From an uncultured Gammaproteobacteria bacterium (GTDB taxonomy: Bacteria; Patescibacteriota; Microgenomatia; UBA8517): a stretch of DNA of 64,000 nt. Every line of letters begins with the position of its first letter. The first letter of the stretch is position 1. A model generated the notes under the pieces. The model saw nothing but the letters and a program-made list of their open reading frames with translations, made no database searches and had not been told where the DNA came from. Shown piece after piece: positions 20,724-30,963 of the stretch. The stretch covers positions 98,173 to 162,172 of the forward strand of contig CAYRUS010000001.1 of assembly GCA_964427735.1 (NCBI GenBank), in the 5' to 3' direction. Made by a program: the position numbers and the translations under genes.

Positions 20724-21671
20724 TTATATATTTAATTTATAAAAATCAACGAGTTTTTCTTTTGAAATTTTACCTCTATATTCGGGAAAATTGTTTAAAT
20801 CTGCCAGAGAAATCTTGCCCACTAACAACCTCAACTTCTCATCATCACTTAGGCTTTTTATTTTTTGTTGATGATAAAAATACATACTTGGTTTCATAAT
20901 ATCCCCAGGCTTTGATGTGTCAATAAATCCAAATTTATGGCGGATAGCTCTTTGCCAAGCTAGTTCTTCATTGAACCCAATATCAACTAAATAGTTAAAC
21001 ATTTCCCTAAAAGAAAACTTCACACCTACCTCTGTTACCGCATATTCTGCTGCGTGCTGGAAAAGAGATGCTTCACCGAACTTTCCCGTATAGTCTTGAA
21101 AATAGGTGGCTAATCCTTCCTCAGTAGGAAGATACTCATTGCTTTTTTCTATATTGTTATGTGCTCCATTTTCAAACCTTATTATATGCAATAGCTCGTG
21201 CCTTACCTCACCATCAACAGAAAAATAAGTAAGTTCTGCATATTTACTAACATGAATTAACTTGTCCGCGTATTTAGGTCTAAAGAAAAACCCATGTTCA
21301 TCGATTAGTTTTACATTGTATTTTAGATCTAGTTGCTTAAAAGCATTTTCAAATTGAGATTTGATTTCCACCCAGGTTGCTTTAGTAGGTAAGACAGGCT
21401 TTGATTCCAAAATTGATTTGGAGTATTTTAACAATTCCTCCTCTAGTCTAGTGTCAAACACTTTAGAGGCTGCGTTTATTATTTGGCTGTTATTTTGATT
21501 TAAAATTGCCTCAACAAGATTGCTATATTTACTTTCCTCAAAGTAATTCTTACAAATGTCTTTATTTTTGTTCCACAGGTAATCGAAAACAGGATTATAA
21601 GTTTTTGATTTAAAAAACTTTACCTTTTCTTCATTAATATTTATAGGTGTAAGAACATTAAGTAAATTCAT
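20724..21671 (-). CDS. DUF1704/QEGLA-motif-like zinc metallopeptidase (likely start ATG 21671)
   Basis: YNPVFDY, HELLH (HExxH), TEEGLA, L.VGKISL. Confidence 0.75.
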   Translation of the reverse strand: MNLLNVLTPININEEKVKFFKSKTYNPVFDYLWNKNKDICKNYFEESKYSNLVEAILNQNNSQIINAASKVFDTRLEEELLKYSKSILESKPVLPTKATWVEIKSQFENAFKQLDLKYNVKLIDEHGFFFRPKYADKLIHVSKYAELTYFSVDGEVRHELLHIIRFENGAHNNIEKSNEYLPTEEGLATYFQDYTGKFGEASLFQHAAEYAVTEVGVKFSFREMFNYLVDIGFNEELAWQRAIRHKFGFIDTSKPGDIMKPSMYFYHQQKIKSLSDDEKLRLLVGKISLADLNNFPEYRGKISKEKLVDFYKLNI

Positions 21672-21750
21672 TTTATTTGAAGTATAACACTTGGAATTAT
21701 GGATAAATGCAAATATTGACAAACTTTAGCAAAAAGTGCGATCATGAGAT

Positions 21751-22347
21751 ATGAGGAATAAACTGCCTGTAGCATTAATATTATTAGTGATACTTTTTAG
21801 CATAATTCTTGTTTATATCGTTAAAAATAATCCAGAGGGACTGCCTCTAAGCAATAATTCAAAAGCCACATTGGATAGGCAAACTGTGAAAGTCAGCACT
21901 CAAGCTTCAGCGGATTCAAGCATAGAACAGGCATACGAAATTTCTTACACTCCAAGTTCCAATCGCACAGCACATACTGTCCTTTCTGAACCGGCAACAA
22001 GGCTTTTAATATCTGATGAATCGTTTGAACTAACAATTGGATTTCCTGTAGACGGTGGTGCAACTCCACTTGAATTTGTACCTGATTCACAACAAATTGA
22101 AAGTTCTAATCTTGGAACTCTGCATAGAATCACGATGGAAGAAGGATATATCTATACAAGCAATATTCCAAGCCCATGTAGCGAAAGTTCAGATGACTAT
22201 CCTGTCTGCTTGATGAATCTTATTGAGTTGGATGATTCAGAAAGCATAGATCCTCATTCTATAACAGCTTATTGCACGACAACTTCACCAGAAAATGTAG
22301 CTAAATGTGACAATGTTATCTCTTCTCTGGAAGTCAAACAAATTTAA
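21751..22347 (+). CDS. Membrane-anchored or secreted hypothetical protein with four Cys
   Basis: N-terminal TM helix; acidic, Ser/Thr-rich ectodomain with two likely disulfides. Confidence 0.7.
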   Translation: MRNKLPVALILLVILFSIILVYIVKNNPEGLPLSNNSKATLDRQTVKVSTQASADSSIEQAYEISYTPSSNRTAHTVLSEPATRLLISDESFELTIGFPVDGGATPLEFVPDSQQIESSNLGTLHRITMEEGYIYTSNIPSPCSESSDDYPVCLMNLIELDDSESIDPHSITAYCTTTSPENVAKCDNVISSLEVKQI

Positions 22348-22679
22348 ATTCGACCCTCAACCTTTATCGCATAATCCTATATTTTATCTTAGTGAAGTGT
22401 GTGAAAATTTCTAGATATAAAACTTAGCCTCAATTGAACACATTTATTGTTCAATATTTCAGTATTGTGAATACCATGAAAACAGACTTACTTGTGCTGT
22501 GTCCGATATAGTTTTTTGAAAAACTTATCTTTTTAACCTACAAGAAAAATTATTGTTTATTTTTATAAGTAGTGTTTAAAAGATTTTTATTTTACCTATT
22601 GACAAAAAAATTATAGTGATATAAATTTGCGACAACTGCTTATCTGCTCCACATTACCTGACCCAATAAAAATATTTAA

Positions 22680-23357
22680 ATGCCAGATTTAAAAGAGACA
22701 TTAAAAAGAATAAAACTAAATGAATCAACAGTAAGTATGATCATTGGAGTTATTGTAATTCTTGTAGTCGGAGTACTTGTATCACGGTATTTTGCAGGTC
22801 TAGACACAGGAACGACGCTTCCTCCCACAAACATAGAAGAACAAAGCCAACAAAAAACAAGAATCGTTGAAGAAGGAGAAACCTTATGGGAAATTGCAGA
22901 AGATGAATTCGGATCAGGATATAACTGGGTTGACATTGCTGAAGAAAATAATCTTACAAGCCCTGGTGACATTGCAGCAGGACAAGAGTTAATCATACCT
23001 AGTGTTGAACCAAAATTAGCCACAGTTGAAAATATGGATCAAGAGCCTACTATTGCACCAACTGAAGAGCCAACAACTACTCCTACAATAGAACCTCAAG
23101 CGACTGATGCACCTGTAGAAACAGCAACCCCAATGCCGGTAGAAGATAAACTCGCTGGAGGCTCAACCACAGGAAACGTAGAAGGTTTAGCTCACACTTC
23201 ATCTGGAGAATATACGGTTGTGCGAGGAGACAATTTATGGAAAATTGCTGAGAGTGTATACGGTGATGGTAATAGATGGACAGATATCGCAGAGGAGAAT
23301 AACTTGGCAAACCCACAAACTATTCACGCAGGAAACATCTTAGTGTTACCTGAATAA
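22680..23357 (+). CDS. Membrane-anchored protein with two LysM domains
   Basis: TM helix; IVEEGETLWEIA...NNL..PGDI.AGQELIIP and YTVVRGDNLWKIA...IHAGNILVLP joined by a Pro/Thr linker. Confidence 0.92.
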   Translation: MPDLKETLKRIKLNESTVSMIIGVIVILVVGVLVSRYFAGLDTGTTLPPTNIEEQSQQKTRIVEEGETLWEIAEDEFGSGYNWVDIAEENNLTSPGDIAAGQELIIPSVEPKLATVENMDQEPTIAPTEEPTTTPTIEPQATDAPVETATPMPVEDKLAGGSTTGNVEGLAHTSSGEYTVVRGDNLWKIAESVYGDGNRWTDIAEENNLANPQTIHAGNILVLPE

Positions 23358-23428
23358 TGAAAAAGCTTCATAGGAATACAATTATTCTGTATAATTAGAT
23401 AACTTAAAACTCTATATTTTTCTATCTT

Positions 23429-23500
23429 GCGGTGGTAGTTCAGTGGTAGAATGTCTCCTTCCCAAGGAGAAGGTCGAGGGTTCGAATCCCTTCCACCGCT
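23429..23500 (+). tRNA. tRNA-Gly(CCC)
   Basis: Acceptor GCGGTGG/CCACCGC, anticodon arm TCTCC-TTCCCAA-GGAGA, T-loop TTCGAAT. Confidence 0.97.
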
Positions 23501-23514
23501 CCTAAGAGAATATT

Positions 23515-24222
23515 ATGCAAGCAAAACTAATTAAAGTCGTAGAAGAATCTTTCAAAACAAAAACATTCATTTTTGAACCAGAAAAAAAAGTCACATTCCT
23601 TCCCGGTCAATACTTTTATTTTACTCTACCTGAGCTGATTGCCGAGGATCCACGCGGACAAACTAGACATTTTACTTTATCTAACTCACCAACCGAAGGG
23701 TCCTACATACAGTTCACTACAAGAATTAGTGAATCAGGATACAAACAAACATTAGATAAATATAAAATTGGGCAACTAGTGGAAACTACCGGACCAAACG
23801 GAACATTTATTTTGGATGAAAAAGAGGTAGACACTCATCTTTTCTTGGCAGGTGGAATTGGAATAACTCCATTTCGATCATTCATTAAATATGGATTAGA
23901 CAAAAAACTCCATAAATACTATCACCTTATTTATTCAGACAGCAACATTGATAACATGGCTTTTTATGATGAACTTAAAGACCTCTCAACTGCTAAAAAT
24001 TTTGACTTCGACATCACACTTACTAAACCCGATAATATTTGGAGGGGTAATACGGGTAGAATATCAAAGGAACTGATAGTAATACTCACTAGAGATAAAA
24101 CTGATATTAAAAACTGTGTTACTTGGTTATGTGGTCCACCTGCGTTTGTGAATGCAATGGAAGATATTTCAATGGATTTAGGTATAAAAGACATCAGAGT
24201 AGAAAAGTTTACTGGATATTAG
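23515..24222 (+). CDS. FAD/NAD(P)-binding ferredoxin-reductase-like oxidoreductase
   Basis: FLPGQY, RHFTLSN, GPNGTF, AGGIGITPF, CGPPAF, C-terminal EKFTGY. Confidence 0.92.
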   Translation: MQAKLIKVVEESFKTKTFIFEPEKKVTFLPGQYFYFTLPELIAEDPRGQTRHFTLSNSPTEGSYIQFTTRISESGYKQTLDKYKIGQLVETTGPNGTFILDEKEVDTHLFLAGGIGITPFRSFIKYGLDKKLHKYYHLIYSDSNIDNMAFYDELKDLSTAKNFDFDITLTKPDNIWRGNTGRISKELIVILTRDKTDIKNCVTWLCGPPAFVNAMEDISMDLGIKDIRVEKFTGY

Positions 24223-24288
24223 ACATTTATTCTGCTGGTGATATAATTTAGCCTATTAATAGTTACCAGTTAGGCTTAACCATAAATT

Positions 24289-24361
24289 GCCTACGTAGCT
24301 CAGTTGGTAGAGCAACGGTATCGTAAACCGTGGGTCGTCAGTTCGAATCTGACCGTAGGCT
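24289..24361 (+). tRNA. tRNA-Thr(CGT)
   Basis: Acceptor GCCTACG/CGTAGGC, anticodon arm ACGGT-ATCGTAA-ACCGT, T-arm GTCAG-TTCGAAT-CTGAC. Confidence 0.96.
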
Positions 24362-24401
24362 CAAAGTATAAATAATATGAGTTTTTGATAATAAATAAAG
24401 T

Positions 24402-25115
24402 ATGCCAAGATACTCAAGAAGAGCGACAGTGGAAGAGAAGAGAAACAGAAGAAGTGCATTTTTATATATACTTCTTAGCATATTAGCTGTTTTAGTCTTA
24501 TTTTTCTTTGGAATTACAGCAATTGCGAAATTTGCAGGCTTTATATCCGATTTAAAACAAAGTAGCGAACCAATAGGTGCAGAAGACACAACACCTCCTG
24601 CTCCCCCGCGATTTACAAATATACCCGAATATACCAATGAATCAGAAATAAGCATAGAGGGGAATGCAGAACCAGGATCTACATTAGTGCTTGAGGTTAA
24701 TAATCAAAAAAAGGAGCAACTAGTAGGAAACGATGGTAGGTTTTCCTTAACTGCAGAACTAACTGGTGGAGAGAATACACTAAATGCCAAAGCAATTGAC
24801 AACGCAGGAAACGAAAGCCAATCGACTGAAACTTTTAGAATAGTTGTTGACAAAAACCCACCTGATTTAACAATTACCTCACCACAGGACAAAAGCAGTT
24901 ATTACGGATCAAGAGAAAGGCAGCTAGTAATCGAAGGAGAAACAGAAGGTGACGCAAATATAACTATAAATGACAGAATTGTAGTTGTAAATTCAGAAGG
25001 TCATTTTACATACGCAATTTCTTTACAAGAAGGAGAAAATATTTTTACTGTTATTGCCAAAGATAAAGCAGGAAATGAAACAAAACAAGAATTTACTGTG
25101 AATTTTTATCCTTAA
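24402..25115 (+). CDS. Membrane-anchored protein with two bacterial Ig-like domains
   Basis: TM helix, then DTTPP..P, two repeats with GEN...A.D.AGNE. Confidence 0.85.
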   Translation: MPRYSRRATVEEKRNRRSAFLYILLSILAVLVLFFFGITAIAKFAGFISDLKQSSEPIGAEDTTPPAPPRFTNIPEYTNESEISIEGNAEPGSTLVLEVNNQKKEQLVGNDGRFSLTAELTGGENTLNAKAIDNAGNESQSTETFRIVVDKNPPDLTITSPQDKSSYYGSRERQLVIEGETEGDANITINDRIVVVNSEGHFTYAISLQEGENIFTVIAKDKAGNETKQEFTVNFYP

Positions 25116-26259
25116 TACCAAATCCTAGTACTATTGCTAAAATACCCATTACAAAAGCATAAAACATAGAATTAACAAAAAAGCTATGAACAAAGACAGA
25201 TAGCAAAATTGATTTTACGCTTAAATCTCTTTTTGAAGTTTTAGTCCACACAAAATACATAAAAGATAAAAATATGATTAATCCAATTACACCGGTCGTA
25301 GCCAAAATTAATAATAAACTTGAATCAGCGCCATAGCAGGCATGAGAATCTGGGCTAGTTAAGCTACTTAACTCTCGAACAGTACAAATATTATTGTAAC
25401 CAACTCCAAAAAGCGGTGAACTTTTCCATATCTGAAGTGTCTCTGTATAATTTTCTAGTCTTGCATAAATACTAAATTCTCTTTCAAGTTTTACTCCTTC
25501 CCCACCTCTTCTAGGTAATAAAATAACAACTAAAGGTAAAAAAAGTAAAACAAGAAGATACTTGCGATATTTTTTAGTATTGAACAAAAAGTAAATAATT
25601 CCAACTAAAAATGCTACATAGCTTGCTCTTGAGTAGGTAAAAAGCAAAGTGATAAAAAGAAATAACGAAATAAAAGCATATTGTTTGCTGCCAATTTCCA
25701 AAAATTTTCTTATCCCTAAAAAAACACCCACAACCAGAATTATCCCCATAAACCCAGGATCAAAAAAGCTTCCAGTAAGTCGATACAAGTGATCATCCCA
25801 ACCTAGATTTTTAAGTATTGTTAAATCCGGAATAAATATATATTGATACCAGCCAATAGTTGCAGCAATCACAATAGATAAAAGCAAATAATCAAAAGTT
25901 TGTTCCTTATTTTTATCTGAATTAACTCCAGTAATAAGTACAAAAAACGAAAAGTAAGCAAATAGCCTAATTAAATAAAGAATCCCAATAAAACTAATTT
26001 CTATGCCTGAATTAAAGTAATTTATTAAATTTATTAAAAATGAAAACAAAGCATAACCAATAAAGAAATAAAAAATTTTAAACTTGTTGAAGCTTTGTCT
26101 GAAATTTACATAAAAAATACATAAAAATACAATTAGATCACTAATTAATATTGACCTAAAATTAGGAAAGTTTAGCTTTGCAATTTGTCCCAAGGGCAAA
26201 AAAGAGAGGAATAATAAAACAAGTATAGAAGCTATCTGTTGTTTTTTTGTATCAACCAT
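25093..26259 (-). CDS. O-antigen ligase/Wzy-like membrane protein
   Basis: Multi-TM; RLTGSFFDP, TYSRAS, PLFGVGY, SLLLILATTGVIG. Confidence 0.85.
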   Translation of the reverse strand: MVDTKKQQIASILVLLFLSFLPLGQIAKLNFPNFRSILISDLIVFLCIFYVNFRQSFNKFKIFYFFIGYALFSFLINLINYFNSGIEISFIGILYLIRLFAYFSFFVLITGVNSDKNKEQTFDYLLLSIVIAATIGWYQYIFIPDLTILKNLGWDDHLYRLTGSFFDPGFMGIILVVGVFLGIRKFLEIGSKQYAFISLFLFITLLFTYSRASYVAFLVGIIYFLFNTKKYRKYLLVLLFLPLVVILLPRRGGEGVKLEREFSIYARLENYTETLQIWKSSPLFGVGYNNICTVRELSSLTSPDSHACYGADSSLLLILATTGVIGLIIFLSFMYFVWTKTSKRDLSVKSILLSVFVHSFFVNSMFYAFVMGILAIVLGFGIKDKNSQ

Positions 26260-26984
26260 AATTTACTCCAAGATAGATATGAGTGAAAACTCATCATCAT
26301 TGCCGCTACAAAACCTACTAACCCATCTAAGATAGTTAGTCTAAATGTTAAGTTATAAATAAGCTTACTGGGAGGATAAATTAATATTTTTAGTAGACTA
26401 GATTTTTTCCCTTCTTCTTTATTGGCTAGTGCATGAAGGGAAGAAAAATAATTAATACTATCTAAAAACCCACTCAAGGAGCTGTGAGGATAGTGAATAA
26501 GTTCTCCTTTTAGTTTTCCTATCCTTCCTGTAACTCTCCATATCTCGTGTACTCTTCTAACCCATTTCCCTTGTGTTCTAAGAGCCAGACGAAGAATTTT
26601 TTTCTTACCAAACTCCCCATATCTCATTTCTTTACCAAACAAAACATCTTTACGAGTCACAAAAAACCCTTCCTTTTGTGTAAATGGGTCGCTAGTTTTT
26701 TGTATAATTTCTTTTTTTAAACTATCGGAAACCACTTCATCTGCATCCACAAATAATACCCATTTACCTTTTGCTTTTTCCAAACCATAGTTTCTTTGCG
26801 AAGCAAAATCATCTGCTAAACTACGCTTATAAATCTTTGCTCCGTATTTTTTTGCAATCAAAACTGTATTATCTGCAGAGTTATCATCTACAATAATTAT
26901 CTCGTCAGCAAATTTAACACTCTCGAGTGTATCTGAAATGCTTTTTTCTTCGTCTTTCGTGAGAATAACAACTGTTAAATTCAT
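26232..26984 (-). CDS. GT2 glycosyltransferase
   Basis: VVILTKDEE, VDDNSADNT, DFASQRN, FVDADE, RVHE. Confidence 0.92.
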   Translation of the reverse strand: MNLTVVILTKDEEKSISDTLESVKFADEIIIVDDNSADNTVLIAKKYGAKIYKRSLADDFASQRNYGLEKAKGKWVLFVDADEVVSDSLKKEIIQKTSDPFTQKEGFFVTRKDVLFGKEMRYGEFGKKKILRLALRTQGKWVRRVHEIWRVTGRIGKLKGELIHYPHSSLSGFLDSINYFSSLHALANKEEGKKSSLLKILIYPPSKLIYNLTFRLTILDGLVGFVAAMMMSFHSYLSWSKLWLIQKNNR

Positions 26985-26993
26985 AATATAAAA

Positions 26994-28217
26994 TTAAGAA
27001 TATTTAAATAATTTTCTAACAAAATAAACACTTACCGGTATAGAAAATATAACAGCCAATGTAGTTGCATACGCTGCTCCAATAATCCCATATTCAGAAA
27101 CCAAAGGAATTATAATTAAACTCATTGCAACAAGTTGAATGATATTAATTTTCACTAATATATCTTGTCGTTCGATTGATAGAAACAAGCTATTTGGGAT
27201 TGCACTAATTGCACTTACTATACCAAATATAGATAGTACCTTCAGAACTCCTGTTGCTTCGAGCCACTGATTCCCCAAAAGGATTAAAATTAATTGCTCG
27301 GGGAAAAGATACATTATCAATCCTGCAGGAATTATTATCAGTATTAGTACTAGAGATAGTTTTAAAAAGTAATTTTTTAGTTTTTCTTTATCATCTTTTA
27401 TCTTTGAAAAGATTGGAAATGCTACTTTCCCTGCTATTTCCATAATCTCTATTAAGATCAGTGTTGATATCTTGTATGCATTCTGATACAAACCTAGTGC
27501 ATTGGCAGAAAGTAATCTACCTACAACCATATCGTCACCTTGTTTTATAAGATAATGCACTATTCCTGCAGCAGTAATCCACTTTCCTACTTTAGTTATT
27601 TCTTTTGCTTGGTTTAAATCAAAAGCTATTGTTGGATTTGGTCTCACAAACAGATGAGAAATAATCACTTCAAAGAAAACACCAAAAATAATAGCCAAAA
27701 TGAGTGCATCAGCAGTTCTCAAGATTGCGGTGAGTATTACAGCCAAAGCAGATTCTACAAAAAAAGTTACCAAGTAAAATGTAAATTCTTTATTGAATTC
27801 TAAATTTTTTCTAAACCTTATTATTGAAGGATTTATAAAACCTCGAAGTATTGGCACTAAGCTTATTAACATTAACAATCTTTGAGTTTCACTTGAGTTA
27901 AAAAAGGAAGCTATAAATGGCGAACTTATATATAAGATAAAACCTATTAAAAAACCTCTAATAATCGAAATTACCCAAGCAGTATTAAGATACTTTTGTA
28001 AGCTTTCCTTTGTTTGGATTAGAAAAACGTTCACACCTGTCTCTGTAAAAACTTCTAAAAGTGCTAAAACCAAGGTAGCTATGGCAAATATACCAAATTG
28101 ATGAGGGGTTAGAAGTCTAGCTAGAATAGCCACTTTTAAATAGCCCACTAGCCTTTGGGACAGTCGCAATAATGATATCCATTTAATTCCTGAAAAAATT
28201 TCTTGCCTTACCTTCAT
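26994..28217 (-). CDS. Wzx-type polysaccharide flippase (likely start ATG 28217)
   Basis: ILARLLTPHQFG, GLYQNAY, LLGNQW, YGIIGAAYAT; multi-TM. Confidence 0.9.
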   Translation of the reverse strand: MKVRQEIFSGIKWISLLRLSQRLVGYLKVAILARLLTPHQFGIFAIATLVLALLEVFTETGVNVFLIQTKESLQKYLNTAWVISIIRGFLIGFILYISSPFIASFFNSSETQRLLMLISLVPILRGFINPSIIRFRKNLEFNKEFTFYLVTFFVESALAVILTAILRTADALILAIIFGVFFEVIISHLFVRPNPTIAFDLNQAKEITKVGKWITAAGIVHYLIKQGDDMVVGRLLSANALGLYQNAYKISTLILIEIMEIAGKVAFPIFSKIKDDKEKLKNYFLKLSLVLILIIIPAGLIMYLFPEQLILILLGNQWLEATGVLKVLSIFGIVSAISAIPNSLFLSIERQDILVKINIIQLVAMSLIIIPLVSEYGIIGAAYATTLAVIFSIPVSVYFVRKLFKYS

Positions 28218-28255
28218 TATTTGTTTAATTATATACAAATATCCTTATAACTGCT

Positions 28256-29182
28256 CTATTTAGCTTTGATCCCTACTAAGAAGCCAGTCATTACAGCAAT
28301 ATCACTCAGAATTTGTAGTACCGGTCCCCAAACTCCTGCGGCAGTACTTTTATGTATTATGTAAACTTTCCAAAATGCCCAAAAAATATAAGTTAAAATA
28401 ATAAACACTCCGATAGGGGGTAGAGCAAAAATTAAATAGAAAAATAGTAAATATCTCAAAAAAATGCTAAGTACTTTTATGTTATGTGACGATAAACCTT
28501 TACTTTTGTTATAAAACAACCTTGTTTCGGCATCCCCTTTTGCATATGAGTACATTTTATATACAAATTCATTTATCTTGTGGGGCATTTTCCAGATAAC
28601 TACAGCATCTTTTACCCGAGTAATATTTTTGTTCATTTGTGTAAGTTTATAGACAAACATAGTGTCTTCTGCTGTATCAGAAAGATCTTCTGGGAATCCT
28701 CCCACCTCAGCCCAAATTTTACTTTTGAAGGCAATTGAGCGAGCAGATGGCAAATATTTAGCATTAAATTTTAAAGCTGGAACACCAAGAAAAACACTGC
28801 ATGCTTTTTGAAAGGAGGTTTCAACCAACATCTCATAAAATCCTGCCACTACCTCTGTGTTTTTGTTTGCAAAAGGTAGGGTAATTTTTTCCAACCAATC
28901 TATTTTTGGAACGCAACCTGCATCTGTAACTGCAATTATTTCATTTTGTGCATTTTTTATGGCAATATTTCTTCCTTCTGCTCTGGAGCTTTTTTGTACT
29001 ATTAGTTTTATTAATTTGTTTTTTAATTGGAATTCTTTAACTATTTTAGCTGTATCGTCTGAAGATTCAGAATCGACAATGATAATCTCATCTGGTTTTT
29101 TTGATTGATTAAGAAGTGAGTTTAACAATAACGCTATGCTATTTTCTTCATTATATACAGTAGTACATACTGAGGATTTCAT
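28256..29182 (-). CDS. GT2 glycosyltransferase
   Basis: TVYNEE, IVDSESSDDT, GRN.AI, VTDAG, VGGFPE, AED. Confidence 0.92.
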   Translation of the reverse strand: MKSSVCTTVYNEENSIALLLNSLLNQSKKPDEIIIVDSESSDDTAKIVKEFQLKNKLIKLIVQKSSRAEGRNIAIKNAQNEIIAVTDAGCVPKIDWLEKITLPFANKNTEVVAGFYEMLVETSFQKACSVFLGVPALKFNAKYLPSARSIAFKSKIWAEVGGFPEDLSDTAEDTMFVYKLTQMNKNITRVKDAVVIWKMPHKINEFVYKMYSYAKGDAETRLFYNKSKGLSSHNIKVLSIFLRYLLFFYLIFALPPIGVFIILTYIFWAFWKVYIIHKSTAAGVWGPVLQILSDIAVMTGFLVGIKAK

Positions 29183-29970
29183 AAACTGCTAATTGTATCA
29201 AATAAATCAGTAGAAGGAGTTATGTTACTTATAAATACTTGTGCTTTAAAACTACATGGACACTCAAGTTCAATACCTGTATTACCTTCTTTTAATTTTC
29301 CGCCTTTTTCATGAAAGATATTTATAACTCTAAATTTACCATCTTCGTATTTAAGATTCCCATGAATGCCTCCTATTGGACTGTCTGCCGAAATTGCTGA
29401 CACTTCATATTCTTCATCAAGAGCGAATTTATAAGTCCAATTTCTCTTAGAAAACTCTTTCTGATAATAGGAAGTAAGAGATTTAATGACACCTGTAACT
29501 TCTTGATTTGTGTTATAAACACTCTCTGTTTCATAAGCTATACCATCCAGCATTATTTCTCCTGATCTAGTCTCTTCTGATAACTTGAGATTGGAGTAAT
29601 AGACTTTGTTTATACCTGTTATATTTACATCATTTAAAGCTTCCCATTCAAATTTTTTGGGGAGATCAGGAATATCGTCAAGATAAAACTTGTCATTTAC
29701 TGGATTATTTTTTGCTTCACCTGGCTCAAACAACTGGATGTTATTCTCATTTTTGTTTGTGCTTATATTTGTTTTTTCAATTATATGCTTCGCAGGATAA
29801 TATGATATGAATAAAACTAATGGGAATAGAAAGAATACGCCAATTACAGATACTAATTTTTTGGGACTAGATAAAAAAGATTTCATTGTTGAACGTACGT
29901 CTGATTTACTTGACTCATTGGGAGTGCTATTAGCCTCTTCTTTAATAAAATTTTGTTCATTTATTTCCAT
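29179..29970 (-). CDS. Membrane-anchored hypothetical protein
   Basis: Single TM near the N terminus; C-terminal CPC motif; overlaps the GT2 start. Confidence 0.7.
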   Translation of the reverse strand: MEINEQNFIKEEANSTPNESSKSDVRSTMKSFLSSPKKLVSVIGVFFLFPLVLFISYYPAKHIIEKTNISTNKNENNIQLFEPGEAKNNPVNDKFYLDDIPDLPKKFEWEALNDVNITGINKVYYSNLKLSEETRSGEIMLDGIAYETESVYNTNQEVTGVIKSLTSYYQKEFSKRNWTYKFALDEEYEVSAISADSPIGGIHGNLKYEDGKFRVINIFHEKGGKLKEGNTGIELECPCSFKAQVFISNITPSTDLFDTISSL

Positions 29971-29979
29971 CTGTCCTTA

Positions 29980-30963
29980 TTATGACCACAAATCTAAATA
30001 TTCCACAACTAAATTTTGCCAAGTTTGTTTTTTTAACCAATATTTAGCTTCTGCTGGTGTTTGATTTGGATTTCCTTGATTTTGGTATATCAAATCAGAA
30101 ATTTCGTTTGATGAATTTGTAATTTTAATCCAATTCTTAAATGGGGACATTTTTAAATAATCTTTTCTTAATGAGTTATCAAAAGCTGAAATAACCTGAC
30201 AACCATTAGCAAGTGCCTCCAAAATAGTTAAGTAGCCTGATACGTAGCAAATTTTTGATTTACTCAGAAATGGTTGTGGGTCAGTAAAACCGTGAACTTG
30301 TCCGTACATTTCACAAGTTTTTCTAAGCGGTCCATCACCTACAAAATCAGCTTTTATTTTTTTGTTTTGCTCTAGTGCAGCGAGTAATATAGGAAGACCT
30401 GTATCTTTATTTAGTCTGCCAACATAAACAAGGCCTTCTTTTTTTGATTCTTTCTTTTTTGGTATATCTACTGCTCCGAAAATAATTTTGTCGCCGTGAA
30501 CGTCATAGTATTTTTCTATAAATTTACCTACCAAAATTGTTTTGTGAGCCAGTTTGTTCGAGATCTTTTTTAGTATGATGTTTTTAAGTGGTATTGGATA
30601 TTCCCCCTCCCACCCGTGCATGGTTAAATAGATTTTCAATTTAGGTTTTATTAATTTTATTGGGAATAGCCATATCATTACATCATGAACGTGTATAATG
30701 TTACTTTTTTTGAGTAAAGTGATGTTTTTGATCATCCAGTACCAGATTTGAAGAAGTCCGATTATTTTTTTTGAAGGAAATTCAAATCTAATAATTTTTA
30801 TCCCATTTAATGTTTCTGTGGCTTTTAAGTTTTTGTTATATTTGTGTGTAATCACAGTAATTTCATGTCCTTGCAAAAGTAATTCTCCAGCAATCTTTTC
30901 AACATGTTTCTCAACCCCTCCGATAGAGGGATTATATCTTCTTGTTATGAATAAAATCTTCAT
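29980..30963 (-). CDS. GT4 glycosyltransferase
   Basis: PSIGGVEKH, YVGRL.KD, VGDGPLR, ILEALANG. Confidence 0.9.
   Translation of the reverse strand: MKILFITRRYNPSIGGVEKHVEKIAGELLLQGHEITVITHKYNKNLKATETLNGIKIIRFEFPSKKIIGLLQIWYWMIKNITLLKKSNIIHVHDVMIWLFPIKLIKPKLKIYLTMHGWEGEYPIPLKNIILKKISNKLAHKTILVGKFIEKYYDVHGDKIIFGAVDIPKKKESKKEGLVYVGRLNKDTGLPILLAALEQNKKIKADFVGDGPLRKTCEMYGQVHGFTDPQPFLSKSKICYVSGYLTILEALANGCQVISAFDNSLRKDYLKMSPFKNWIKITNSSNEISDLIYQNQGNPNQTPAEAKYWLKKQTWQNLVVEYLDLWS

Noticed and set aside
15581-22680. Prophage or IS element in the accessory region
   Set aside because: No transposase, integrase, terminase or structural phage motifs are recognisable in any ORF
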